64,000 bases of DNA, from NCBI GenBank assembly GCA_963842145.1, contig CAWJFJ010000012.1, positions 227,060 through 291,059 of the forward strand, read 5' to 3'. A program made the translations under genes and the position numbers. The stretch is from an uncultured Acidimicrobiaceae bacterium. Lineage in GTDB: Bacteria; Actinomycetota; Acidimicrobiia; Acidimicrobiales; UBA8190. Below the pieces are notes generated by a model. It saw only the letters and a list, made by a program, of their open reading frames with translations. It ran no database searches and had not been told where the DNA came from. Below, piece by piece: positions 19,968-29,304 of this stretch; position 1 is the stretch's first letter; the number at the start of each line of letters is the position of its first letter.

Positions 19968-20321
19968 ATGGTGAACCAAGGGAATCGGTTAGAGGAAGAG
20001 GTCTTCGAGTTTGTTCGCGTGAGCGAGGAGACAGTGCTAGGCAAGGTGGCTGATGCCGTTGGCGAGTTCCTGCCGGTCGAAGTGCCAGTGGTGAGCGAGC
20101 TGGTGGAAGGCATTTTGGAAGTCACCGCGGCGGTCATGAAGACTCAACGCGAGTTCGCGCAAAGGATGCTGGAGCAGACACGCAACGCTGTCGGGGTGAC
20201 CACCAGGACCAAGCCGACGGCGTCGGCGCCGGAGCGGAGGGCCACGGTAACAAGAGCGTCCAAGGGGCCTCAGGTAGCTCGGACGACTCGGCCGGCAAAG
20301 CGGAGCGTGAGGGCAGCTTAG
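19968..20321 (+). CDS. Small phasin-like protein with basic C-terminal tail (paralog P1)
   Basis: MVNQGNRLEEEVFEFVRVSEE...KTQREFAQRMLEQTRNAV followed by an R/K/T/A-rich tail. RBS GGAAGGAG. About 81% aa identity over 75 residues to the copy at 56826-57177. The phasin-like label is an inference. Confidence 0.7.
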   Translation: MVNQGNRLEEEVFEFVRVSEETVLGKVADAVGEFLPVEVPVVSELVEGILEVTAAVMKTQREFAQRMLEQTRNAVGVTTRTKPTASAPERRATVTRASKGPQVARTTRPAKRSVRAA

Positions 20322-20489
20322 GTCATCGCCTCACCCTGGTATGGAGTCGGTGACCACGACCTCGGCGACCGGATGTCGACGTTCGGTCAGGCACGGCGGC
20401 ACCTGAGATTCGGGTGTCCGGGCTCTGTTGGTGCCCTTCAGCCCAAGAGTCTTAGGCTGGCGGTCACACGACCCGCAAGAGGAGGAGCA

Positions 20490-20987
20490 ATGGCGATGAC
20501 CGAAACCACAACGCCATCCAAGGTTGCTCGTGCCATCTTCGAGGCGCTGAGCAAGAAGGACCTCGACGCCGCCACGGAATTCATCACTGACGACACCGTG
20601 GACGATTTTGTGGCCATTGGCGAGGTCCGAGGCAAGCCAGCAATCCGGCGGTTCTTTGACGAGCTACTGGCTGCCTTCCCCGACTTCGAGATGACGGTTG
20701 ACAGGATCGTCGGTGACCGTTCCTCCGCAGTGGTGCAGTGGCATGCGGCCGGGAGCTTCTCCGGTGGGAAGTTCCAGGGCATTGAGGCGACAGGCAAGCA
20801 CGTCGAAATCCGAGGCGTGGACGTCATGGAGATCACCGCGGGCCAGGTCGTGCACAACACCATCTACTACGACGGGGCTTCGTTTGCCCGACAGATCGGA
20901 ATGCTCCCGCACAACGGTTCGGGACCCGACAAAGCGATACAGTCGGTGTTCAACACCGTGACCCGTTTTCGTAAGCACCTTTCGTAG
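20490..20987 (+). CDS. SnoaL/NTF2-like (ester cyclase-like) protein
   Basis: MAMTETTT... with FITDDTVDDFVAIGEVRGKPAIRRFFDELLAAFPDFEMTV. RBS GGAGGAG precedes the ATG at 20490. Confidence 0.7.
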   Translation: MAMTETTTPSKVARAIFEALSKKDLDAATEFITDDTVDDFVAIGEVRGKPAIRRFFDELLAAFPDFEMTVDRIVGDRSSAVVQWHAAGSFSGGKFQGIEATGKHVEIRGVDVMEITAGQVVHNTIYYDGASFARQIGMLPHNGSGPDKAIQSVFNTVTRFRKHLS

Positions 20988-21037
20988 TCGCACACCTTCG
21001 ACTCTCACGCCAGTTACCTCACCAGGGAAGGTGCACG

Positions 21038-21301
21038 ATGCCGAATGTCGGTGATCGAGTTCGTGTCGCATCCACGAAAGTCGGCCAGGCCCAGCGCGAT
21101 GGCGTCGTGACGGGCGTCGTTGGTCAGCTCCTTCGCATCAGATGGTCTACGGGCGAAGAGTCAACCGTCGTGCCAGGCCCCGGCGCGGTCGCCGTGATCG
21201 GCAAGGTTAGGGCGCCATCAAGCCAGAAGGGCACGGCTCCAACGAAGGCAGCCAAGGCAGCGGCGAAGTCGAAGAAGACCACCAGGAAGACGGCCCGGTA
21301 A
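21038..21301 (+). CDS. DUF1918-like small protein with lysine/alanine-rich tail
   Basis: GDRVRV...RDGVVTGVVGQLLRIRWSTGEESTVVPGPG SH3-like pattern, then PTKAAKAAAKSKKTTRKTAR. Confidence 0.65.
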   Translation: MPNVGDRVRVASTKVGQAQRDGVVTGVVGQLLRIRWSTGEESTVVPGPGAVAVIGKVRAPSSQKGTAPTKAAKAAAKSKKTTRKTAR

Positions 21302-21363
21302 CCTCCTCAGCCTGATATCGGGCTATTTCCCGGCGCAGGTAGGCGCGGTCGGCTGGTTCTTAC

Positions 21364-21549
21364 CTAGCCATGGTGAAGAGATGCCTGGCGAGGTCTAGTC
21401 TCTGGGCAACCCCACACCGGGTGGCGGAGCAGCTGGAGCAAAAAGCGCGAGCTCTCCCCGGGCGCGCTCGTCCGCAGCGCACCGCGTTGCTGCATGGCGT
21501 TGCCCAGCGCGAAGGCGCAGGCGGCGACCAAGGCGAGGGAGGCCGCCAT
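21364..21549 (-). pseudogene. N-terminal remnant of a DMT/EamA-like transporter
   Basis: MAASLALVAACAFALGNAMQQRGAL...FLLQLLRHPVW, then loss of similarity and a stop. Confidence 0.35.
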
Positions 21550-21964
21550 CCCGGACCCCGCGGGCCCGCTACGCCCGGGCCCTCGGCACGATGGCGGGGG
21601 CGACGTGCACCTGGTCGTCGCTGCCGACATCGAAGACCTGGCGATCGCCGGGGTCGGCGTCTCGATCACGGCGAAGCCGTCGGCCTCGACCACCAGCACC
21701 GTCTGTTCGACCGCCATCGCTCCCTCGCGCCGGCTCGTGCGCGCGCCGGGTGCACACCCGCGTGTCGCGACCCCGCCGACCGGCCAACGGACCCCCATCT
21801 GCCCGCTCGACGCTAACCGACCTCGGATTGCCCCGCGACCTTGCCGACCTCGGTCTCGAGCCCGTAGAAGCACGGGCGTTGGCCCCGGCTACCCGGGCCA
21901 GTGACTCGTCCATGGGCGTGCTCACGGAGCTCGACGGCGCACCCGACCGTGACAACATCTGGCG

Positions 21965-22630
21965 GTGCGCTTTCATGCTGAGCACCGCTTCAATGGGTCG
22001 AAGGAAGCCGTCGCGGCGCTCCTGGCCGATCCCGCCTTCTACGTAGGCCTCGCCCTCCCCGACCTGAGCAAGCCCGAGGTGCTCGAAAAACGAAAGGACG
22101 GAGACGACGCCATGCTGTGGCTCCGGTACGAATTCGTAGGGAGCCTCGATCCGATCGGGCGCCGTCTGCTTGGCTCGGGCCACCTGGCGTGGATCCAGGA
22201 GGTGCGGATCGACCGGTCGGCGGGCTCCGGCGCTCTCCGCTTCGAGGCTGAAAAAGACCCGAGGCAACTGTACGGTGCAGCCGACTTCGTCCTCGCCGCA
22301 ACCGGAGGCGGAACTGTTCGGCGTCTCGACGGCGAACTGGTTGTGGCGGTGCCGGGCATAGGTCGCATGGCTGAGCGACGGATCGTTCCCGCGCTCCTGC
22401 GCCGACTGGACATCGAGGCTCAGGCCTCGACGACCAGCTGCGGCGAGGAGGATGAGCTCGGAACAGGTGGCGGTCTTCGCTTACGGCATTCATCTCTGCC
22501 CCGAGCGAGGGCGTCCAGGATCGCTGCAGGAGAGCGGGGAACCCATGCCGCCCACCCGGCGACCCGTTGTGTTCCGACTTCGCCACGGAATTTCGGGAAC
22601 ACGAGATCGCTCGAAGTCGTGGACCGTTGA
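21965..22630 (+). CDS. DUF2505/SRPBCC-like protein (C-terminus doubtful)
   Basis: MRFHAEHRFNGSKEAVAALLADPAFY... The last 60 or so residues are low-complexity. A one-base shift near 22425 would end the protein as AQALDDQLRRGG-stop near 22452. Confidence 0.55.
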   Translation: MRFHAEHRFNGSKEAVAALLADPAFYVGLALPDLSKPEVLEKRKDGDDAMLWLRYEFVGSLDPIGRRLLGSGHLAWIQEVRIDRSAGSGALRFEAEKDPRQLYGAADFVLAATGGGTVRRLDGELVVAVPGIGRMAERRIVPALLRRLDIEAQASTTSCGEEDELGTGGGLRLRHSSLPRARASRIAAGERGTHAAHPATRCVPTSPRNFGNTRSLEVVDR

Positions 22631-22635
22631 CCGAT

Positions 22636-22722
22636 CGGAACTGCCGGTTGTGCTCGGGTCTCAGCGGGTCAGGCGTGATCGAACCTGAGCAGTATCACTC
22701 AGGGGGCGGATGATCCCGGTCG
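22636..22722 (+). repeat. Dispersed intergenic repeat, short-form copy A
   Basis: GGAACTGCCGGTTGTGCT from 22637, GCAGTATCACTCA at 22689-22701 and GATGATCCCGGTCG at 22709-22722. Block spacing is 53 nt. Confidence 0.65.
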
Positions 22723-22911
22723 ATTTGCACCCGTTCCACCTGACGAGTCGACTGCATCACTGGCACTTTCCGGCCCTTTATTGCGGCTCTCATCGACCAA
22801 CAGATACGACATCTAGGTTCGGCGGGACGCGGACAGGAACGGACCCTACGCCCTGACCCCCCGGCCGGAGGGGGAGTTTATGAGCACCACAGGCGCAAGG
22901 CTCGGTTTGAG

Positions 22912-23394
22912 TCAGAGCTTGTAGCCGATAGACCGCAGCAGCGCCGTGCGCTCGGTCACGTCGTCCTCAGTCTCCACACCCACAGGGGTTGAGCCGTCGA
23001 TGACCCCCAGGATTCCCCGTCCGAGTTCGGTCTCGGCCACCACAACCTCCACGGCGTTGGCCGTCGCGCAGTAGATGCTGCAAACTTCAGGGACCAACTT
23101 GAGCTGGTTGAGAACGTTCAGTGGGTAGCCTTCGCGAAGCAAAACGACGAAACAGTGGCCCGCCCCGATGGCCCGAGCGTTTCGGACGGCGAGCTCGACC
23201 AGATCTTCATCGTTGCCCGAGCGCCGGACAAGGCATTTCCCTGACGCTTCGCAGAATCCAAGCCCGAAACGTAGGTGCGGGCTCGTACACACGAGGGCTT
23301 CGTGGATATCTTCGACGGTCTTCACAAAGTGGGCTTGTCCGAGGACGACGTTCAGGTCCTGGGGCTTTTCGATCGGAATGACGTGCAGGTCCAT
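22912..23394 (-). CDS. Adenosine-specific kinase family protein
   Basis: IEKPQDLNVVLGQAHFVKTVEDIHEAL, FCEASGKCLVRRSGND, ATANAVEVVVAETELGRGILGVIDG and the LRSIGYKL end, as in the roughly 160-aa family. Confidence 0.75.
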   Translation of the reverse strand: MDLHVIPIEKPQDLNVVLGQAHFVKTVEDIHEALVCTSPHLRFGLGFCEASGKCLVRRSGNDEDLVELAVRNARAIGAGHCFVVLLREGYPLNVLNQLKLVPEVCSIYCATANAVEVVVAETELGRGILGVIDGSTPVGVETEDDVTERTALLRSIGYKL

Positions 23395-23674
23395 GCTGGT
23401 AAGCCTCTCACTCCATCAGCTGACTCGCCCGAAAACGCTAGAGGGGCGAGTGTGCCTTCTATTCGCAGCTTGATGAGCGCGGAACCATTTCGTTCCACGT
23501 CGCGCCTCGTGGGCCATACCGGCTCGCCAGACCGCGTCATTTATGGGTGTAGTGACAGCCCGATAATCAGTCGCACGCCACTCAGGAGCTTGGGAGAACT
23601 GGCCCGTTCAACTACCGTCCGCTCGATGCGTGTTCCGGACGGGAACTGCCTTGGTGGTGAGGGTCCCACTCCTG

Positions 23675-23929
23675 CTAGAGGTGCGCTGGTCGGCCCTCAC
23701 GCTCGGAGATCGTCTCGGCTGCAGCGTCAACCAACTGGTGCGACAAGTCGGACAGCGCGCGTGCAGCAGCGAGCTCCTCGCCGACCATCGGCATGTTCGG
23801 GTCAGCCGGATGGCGTCTCGCCCGACCGGCGCCAACGAAGGTGGCACCACGGATTGTGAGTGAGGCGCGCGCTTCGGTATGGCGGTCGTCCTCGCCGAAG
23901 GTGATCTCGATCTCCGTGGTCTCGACCAT
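23675..23929 (-). CDS. DUF1876-like small protein
   Basis: EIEITFGEDDRHTEARASL...GAGRARRHPADPNMPMVGEELAAARALSDLSHQL. Confidence 0.6.
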   Translation of the reverse strand: MVETTEIEITFGEDDRHTEARASLTIRGATFVGAGRARRHPADPNMPMVGEELAAARALSDLSHQLVDAAAETISEREGRPAHL

Positions 23930-24101
23930 CTCGTCCCCCTTTCCTCTTCGGCCAATATCCCAAGGCTATCTCTGCGCGCATCAATGAGGTGTTGTCACCC
24001 TGGCAGACCACCCGGTTGCTTCCGCAGCTCCCTTGAGCCTTCGAGGAGCCCCTCGATAACGCCGCCGACCTGCGCACTGTGGCCCCCAGCCTCACCGCCC
24101 G

Positions 24102-24168
24102 ATACTGCCGGGTCCTTCTCGGGGCGGGGAAAGGCGCCGCCAGGTCGAGACGCTCGGGATCACTCACG
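24102..24168 (+). repeat. Dispersed intergenic repeat, short-form copy K
   Basis: ATACTGCCGGGT at 24102-24113 and GGGATCACTCACGG at 24156-24169. Block spacing is 54 nt. It ends 72 nt from the GNAT stop codon. Confidence 0.6.
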
Positions 24169-24239
24169 GCCGGGTTTTGCGAGCGGATCGCTACTTAGTC
24201 AGGTAACGCGTCACCATCCCGGACGGGAAGGGGAAACAG

Positions 24240-24827
24240 TCACCCCCGCCACATGGCCCACACCACCGGACCATGAGGAACCTGGATCTCATCGGTGACC
24301 ACGAACCCGTGTCGCTCATAGAACGGGATGTTGCGCTTCTTCGACGATTCCAGATAGATCCGATCGCCGTCGCGGTCACAACGGTTGAGGACCGGGGCCA
24401 GGATGGCCGAACCCGCGCCATGGCCCTGGCACTCGGGATCGGTCCCGAGCATCTGGAGATACCAGTGGCGTTCCTTCGGGTGGTGGCTGGCAAAATAGAG
24501 GAGGCCCTGTGCGCACCTCGTGATCCGCAATCCGACGAGGCTCGTGGTGATGAGTCCGAGCTTGGCGTCGGTGCGCCAGCCCAAGGGGAAGGTGCCCGGT
24601 GGGTTCCAGATGGCGGCGCACCTGCCGTCGTCGGCGGCATAAACCTGGCCGAAGGGGAGCGACGCTCGCAGCAACGAACGGAAGAAGCGGGGGAGCTTCC
24701 GGCGCCGGGACTCATTGTGGGGGAAGAGCCACATCGTGAGCGGGTCGTCGTCGAAGGCATGCGTCAGGGTGGTGGCGAGCCGGTCGATGTCCCCGGGCAG
24801 CGCCTTGCGGATGGAATGCGTGGTCAT
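24240..24827 (-). CDS. GNAT-family N-acetyltransferase
   Basis: YLQMLGTDPECQGHGAGSAILAPVL...YLESSKKRNIPFYERHGF acetyl-CoA binding pattern. Confidence 0.8.
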   Translation of the reverse strand: MTTHSIRKALPGDIDRLATTLTHAFDDDPLTMWLFPHNESRRRKLPRFFRSLLRASLPFGQVYAADDGRCAAIWNPPGTFPLGWRTDAKLGLITTSLVGLRITRCAQGLLYFASHHPKERHWYLQMLGTDPECQGHGAGSAILAPVLNRCDRDGDRIYLESSKKRNIPFYERHGFVVTDEIQVPHGPVVWAMWRG

Positions 24828-24844
24828 GGTGGAAACGGTACCGG

Positions 24845-24960
24845 TCAGTGCTCGTGACTTGCCGCCGTCTCGAAGCCCAGGCCGCTGTTGGCCCCGGTCA
24901 CCACGGCGATGCGACCGGCGAGGGGCGGATGTCGTCTGTGGTCCACCGTGCCATGAATAG
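24845..24960 (-). pseudogene. N-terminal remnant of an SDR
   Basis: LAGRIAVVTGANSGLGFETAA, then a stop at 24845-24847, immediately upstream of the GNAT gene. Confidence 0.4.
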
Positions 24961-25584
24961 GGACCCTACGCGGAGCGGTGGGGATCTTCCAGGTGCTGCT
25001 CGCCGACCCCGCCCACCGATGTGGGAGCACCCCCCAGGCGACTCCCGTCACCCTCGTCTTTCTGCCTGCCGACGAAGAGTCGCTACGTACGCGAGGGCCA
25101 CCCCGGCGTCTGGTGGAAATTAGCTCCACGCCCCCCTAGCGTCGGGGTGACCTCCGTGTACCGTCCGCCCCTGGTCGCCACGCAGGGCGTATGTCGACCC
25201 CCAGTATGCGCTTCTGAACAGAGAAAGGGGTACTGGTGGGTAACTTTCTCGCATCGCCCGGAGCGGTGGTCGCACGGGCCCGGCGAACCACAGCGCCAGC
25301 CGTGCTTGCTCCAGTTGCCGCTCGAACCTGCCGGGTTGTTCGCTCCATGGCGGAGGACGACTCGCTCAGTCGCCGCCTCAGCACCGGGTTACCGGCATCA
25401 GGCATTTCCCGGTCACGTAGATCGGCCGTTCGAGACGCCCAGGTCCGGCGGGGTCGCTGGGGCACAAGGAGGCCTCGTCCTGCCATGAGATTGCTGCCAA
25501 GGCGAACGCGGACCTTTGGTCCTTTGCCACGATGCCTCGCGTCCTATGGTGCATTTGTCACCGCACCGATGCGGGAGGAGACCG

Positions 25585-27039
25585 ATGGAGCGAATGGACA
25601 CGCTCGACGCCGAGTTCCTCCACCTGGAGGACGGGATCGCGCATATGCACATCGGCGCGGCATGCCTGTTTGCCGACCCACCCCCGTCGTTCGACGACAT
25701 CGCGGGAATGGTCGCCGCCAAGCTGCACCTCATCCCTCGCTACCGCCAGCGAGTGCGTTCGGTCCCGTTCGAGCTGGGCCGACCGATCTGGGTCGACGAT
25801 CCCCACTTCAACCTCGCTTACCATCTGCGACACACGGCGCTGCCCGCACCGGGTGATGACGCTGCCGTGTGCCTCCTGATGGGACGGATTATGTCCCAGC
25901 CGCTCGACCGTGACCGGCCATTGTGGGAAACATGGCTCGTCGAAGGTCTCGAGGGCGGGCATTGGGCGCTTGTGTTCAAGGTCCACCACTGCATGGTCGA
26001 CGGGATCGCCGGGGTCGAACTGCTCCGTGTGCTTCTGGATCTCGAGGCCGAGACCAAGGTGGCTGTCCCCGAGCCATGGGAGCCCCAGCCCGAACCCCAC
26101 GGCGCGGCAAAGGTGCTCGACGCCTGGGGTGGCCTCGCCACCAATGTCATCGCCACCGCCCGCGGGCTTCCCCGAGCCATGACCCACCCGGCGGACGCCG
26201 TCCGCTCCGCCCTCGGGACCGCCCGGGGGCTCGCCCGTTTTGCCGGCGACCTGGGCGCCACGCCACCGCTGTCGATCGAGGGCAGCATCGGCCCCCACCG
26301 CACCTGGGCTCACTCGTCCGCCAGCCTCGGCGACGTCCGCACGATCCGCTCGGTGTTCGCGGGCACGATTAACGACGTCGTGCTCGCCGCGGTCAGCGGC
26401 GGCTACCGGGAGTTGCTCCTCTCGCGAGGCGAGGACGCCGACCGAGCGATCGTCCGCTCCTTGGTGCCGGTGTCGACTCGGCACGACGACGGCCATGGCG
26501 GATTCGGCAATCGGGTCTCGGCCCTTCTCTACGACCTGCCCGTCCACGTCGCTGACCCGGTCGAACGACTAGAGGTTGTCCACGAGCAGATGTCCGAACT
26601 GAAGGCGTCGCATATGGCCGAAGCCGGGGAGGCGGTCGCCGCTATCGGCAACCTCGCCCCGCCGATGGTCGTGGGCCCACTGAGCCGGATGGTCGTCCGT
26701 GCTATACACCGTCTCCCGCAACGCTCGGTCAACACCATCACCACCAACGTGCCCGGACCGCAGTTCCCCCTCTACTGCCTCGGTCGCGAGATGCTCGAGT
26801 ACCGTCCGTTCGTCCCTATCAGCCACGGAGCCCGAGTGAGCACGGCCATCCTCTCCTACAATGGCCACCTCTTCTTCGGGATCACCGGCGACTATGTGAC
26901 GGCATCCGACGTGCACGTGCTCTCCTTGGCCGCGTCGGCCGGCATCGAACAACTCCGCCAACGCGCCCTCACCCGACTCGGCAAGACGCGACCGGGCAAT
27001 CCTCGATCCGGCACGATCCGACCCGAGACCAGAGCATGA
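25585..27039 (+). CDS. Wax ester synthase/diacylglycerol acyltransferase (WS/DGAT) 1
   Basis: MERMDTLDAEFLHLED start behind GGGAGGAG. HHCMVDG active-site motif. NVPGP motif near the C-terminus. Confidence 0.9.
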   Translation: MERMDTLDAEFLHLEDGIAHMHIGAACLFADPPPSFDDIAGMVAAKLHLIPRYRQRVRSVPFELGRPIWVDDPHFNLAYHLRHTALPAPGDDAAVCLLMGRIMSQPLDRDRPLWETWLVEGLEGGHWALVFKVHHCMVDGIAGVELLRVLLDLEAETKVAVPEPWEPQPEPHGAAKVLDAWGGLATNVIATARGLPRAMTHPADAVRSALGTARGLARFAGDLGATPPLSIEGSIGPHRTWAHSSASLGDVRTIRSVFAGTINDVVLAAVSGGYRELLLSRGEDADRAIVRSLVPVSTRHDDGHGGFGNRVSALLYDLPVHVADPVERLEVVHEQMSELKASHMAEAGEAVAAIGNLAPPMVVGPLSRMVVRAIHRLPQRSVNTITTNVPGPQFPLYCLGREMLEYRPFVPISHGARVSTAILSYNGHLFFGITGDYVTASDVHVLSLAASAGIEQLRQRALTRLGKTRPGNPRSGTIRPETRA

Positions 27040-27123
27040 GCACAGGAGCACCTACCACAAAGTCCCGTCACCTTCGATGGATCGAGTTTGCTCGACCGTC
27101 GCCCGATCCGAATTGCCGGTTCT

Positions 27124-27140
27124 GCGCGCTCCCAGCGCGC
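27124..27140. terminator. Hairpin between convergent genes (GCGCGCT-CCC-AGCGCGC)
   Basis: Perfect 7-bp stem at 27124-27130 and 27134-27140, between the WS/DGAT stop (27039) and the GH1 stop (27227). No U-tract. Confidence 0.4.
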
Positions 27141-27226
27141 TCCCTTCAACCTTCCCACCCGCCCCATACCCCCCCGTGCCCAGCCGGTGCGACTTTCTAG
27201 AATAGTGCCGTCGGCCTCCCCGATGG

Positions 27227-28430
27227 TCAATGCTTGACCTTTCCGAGCTCGTTCGTGCGCGCCACGTTCCCGTACCACGCCGCGCTTGGCTTGGCTTTGC
27301 GCTCGAACGTCGTTCGGTCCACCGAATGCAGTCCCAGTTTGGGGCCGTAACCCATGTTCCACTCGAAGTTGTCGAGAAGGCTCCATACGAAGTAGCCGCG
27401 CACGTCGATCCCCTCGGCGATGCAGGCGTGGACACCGCGCAACGCCTTGTCGAGGTAGGCGATGCGCTCGACGTCGTCCTCCGTTGCGAGCCCGCTCTCT
27501 GTGATGAGTACGGGCAAGCCGGTGAATTCGGCCGTGCGCCGCACACAGTGTTGGACTGCCTGTGGCCAGTTCTCTGTGCCCATCTGTGTCTGCCCCACCG
27601 ACGGATCATCGGGGGCGAGTCCCTCAGGCCCGAAGTGCATGCGGGTGTATGCCTGCACGCCGACAAAATCATCGCCTTCCGCGGCACGCAAAAAGGTGTC
27701 CTCGAGAATATCCTCCGCCAAGTCGCGTGTGGCCTCGCCACCCTCCTCGGCCACGATCTCAGCCATCGACAGTGTGAGCCCGACCGGGTAACTGCCGGGT
27801 CCTGACCGGAGCGCCTCGACGGAGAGCCGGTGGGCACGCGCCATCGCATCGTTCACCGCGATGTGGCGGACCAAGTCGTCCTTCACCCCCGGTGGATAGT
27901 CCCCGATGGTGTAGCCCATGGCCCCGATCACATTGGGTTCATTGATAGTGCAGGCCCAACCGATCAGATCCCCGAGATACGCCCCAGCGCGTTCCACGAA
28001 CCGGGCGAACCGGTCAGGGGCGTCGGGCGCCTCGAAGCAGCGCGCGCGCTGCGAGCCATGACGGGCTCGTGAAGTGGTGGAACGTGACCACCGGGACAAT
28101 GCCGCTCTCGTGGCACTCGGCACACATCCGTCGGTAGTGCTCCAATGCCGCCACCGAGAATTCCCCCTCAGCCGGCTCGATGCGGCTCCATTCCAGGGAA
28201 AAGCGGTAAGCACCGAGACCCATGCTGACAACCAAGTCAAGGTCCTCTGGCCACCGATGGTACGAGTCACAGGCGTCCCCGCTCGACTCGGCGCATCGTG
28301 AATCCCTAGCGTGCTCGAAGGCCCACCAGTCATTGTTCGTGTTTCCGCCCTCGATCTGGTGGGCGGCGCCGGCCGCCCCCCACAAGAACCCCTCAGGGAA
28401 CTCGAGGGCCTGGCCTTCATCTGTCGCCAT
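27227..28430 (-). pseudogene. GH1 beta-glucosidase, frameshifted
   Basis: The N-terminus, FPEGFLWGAAGAAHQIEGG...TFHHFTSPSW, is in ORF 28014..28430. The remainder (TINEPN, ITESG, LLDNFEW) is in ORF 27227..28465. The frame changes near 28040. Confidence 0.85.
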
Positions 28431-28682
28431 GAGGGCTCATCGTAGCGACGACTCAGACACCGCAAGCTGGCCGACTACGCGAACACGCCCCTGTCCTTCT
28501 ACAGGGCGGATTGGCCTGCCCGGCTCGCGTTGACCGCCCGGGAGGCACATACGGGAAGTACGGGCGCCCAGTCGTCGTTACCTCACTCATTCAAGACCGA
28601 CCGTCGCCTCCACAGCTGGCGAGCGTCTCGGTCGGCGGCCCAGTTGAGACCGCACCTTCAGGCTGACGTCAAGCCGATACCG

Positions 28683-29132
28683 TTAGGAGGTCTCGGTCGG
28701 CACGGTCGGTTCGGGGTGACCGAAAATCACTTCGCCCGTGATCGGCCGCACGAGGTTCGCTAGGTCCGATACGACGTCCATGAGGAGATCGTCAACCGTC
28801 AGCATTCCGACCATGCGCCCCTCCTCCACCAAGGGAAGCCGCCGGAAGGCGTGGTCGGTGAAGATCCGCACGGCTTCCCGAAGGTCCGCGGTGGCACCGA
28901 GCGTCACGACCCTGGTGGACATCACGGCATCCACCCGGCTGTCTGAAGGGAGCCTCCGTGCGAGTGCTCGTACCACGAGGTCGCGGTCGGTCACGATCCC
29001 AATTGGCTTCTCATCGTCGACTATGACAACGGCGCCCACCGCCGCCTCGTCCATGAGCTTCCCCACCTCCGCCAGGCTGCGATCTGCTGGCACCGTCACT
29101 GGCACCTTCCTGCTCGCGTCCTTCGCCCGCAT
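28683..29132 (-). CDS. CBS-domain pair protein
   Basis: Two CBS-like repeats (VGAVVIVDDEKPIGIVTDRDL and RRLPLVEEGRMVGMLTVDDL). ATG at 29132 behind AAGGAGG. Confidence 0.8.
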   Translation of the reverse strand: MRAKDASRKVPVTVPADRSLAEVGKLMDEAAVGAVVIVDDEKPIGIVTDRDLVVRALARRLPSDSRVDAVMSTRVVTLGATADLREAVRIFTDHAFRRLPLVEEGRMVGMLTVDDLLMDVVSDLANLVRPITGEVIFGHPEPTVPTETS

Positions 29133-29304
29133 CTCGACCTCCTTGCTGGCTCTCAACGTGACACTACGCTCAGCTTCGCAGCTTTCGTAGGGCCGAACGT
29201 CACGACGCACCGACGTTCGACCTTCTCATTCGCGGTGAAGACGCTCGGTCAGACCAGGCGGTATCGCCGCTCTTCCGTTGCACTACATCGTCAAGCCGAC
29301 CGCT

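Noticed and set aside
22853-22875. CCCCCGGCCGGAGGGGG hairpin as the terminator of the adenosine-kinase-family gene.
   Set aside because: The stem is short and imperfect with no U-tract. It may simply be the tail of the dispersed repeat copy at 22636. It is kept only as a note.
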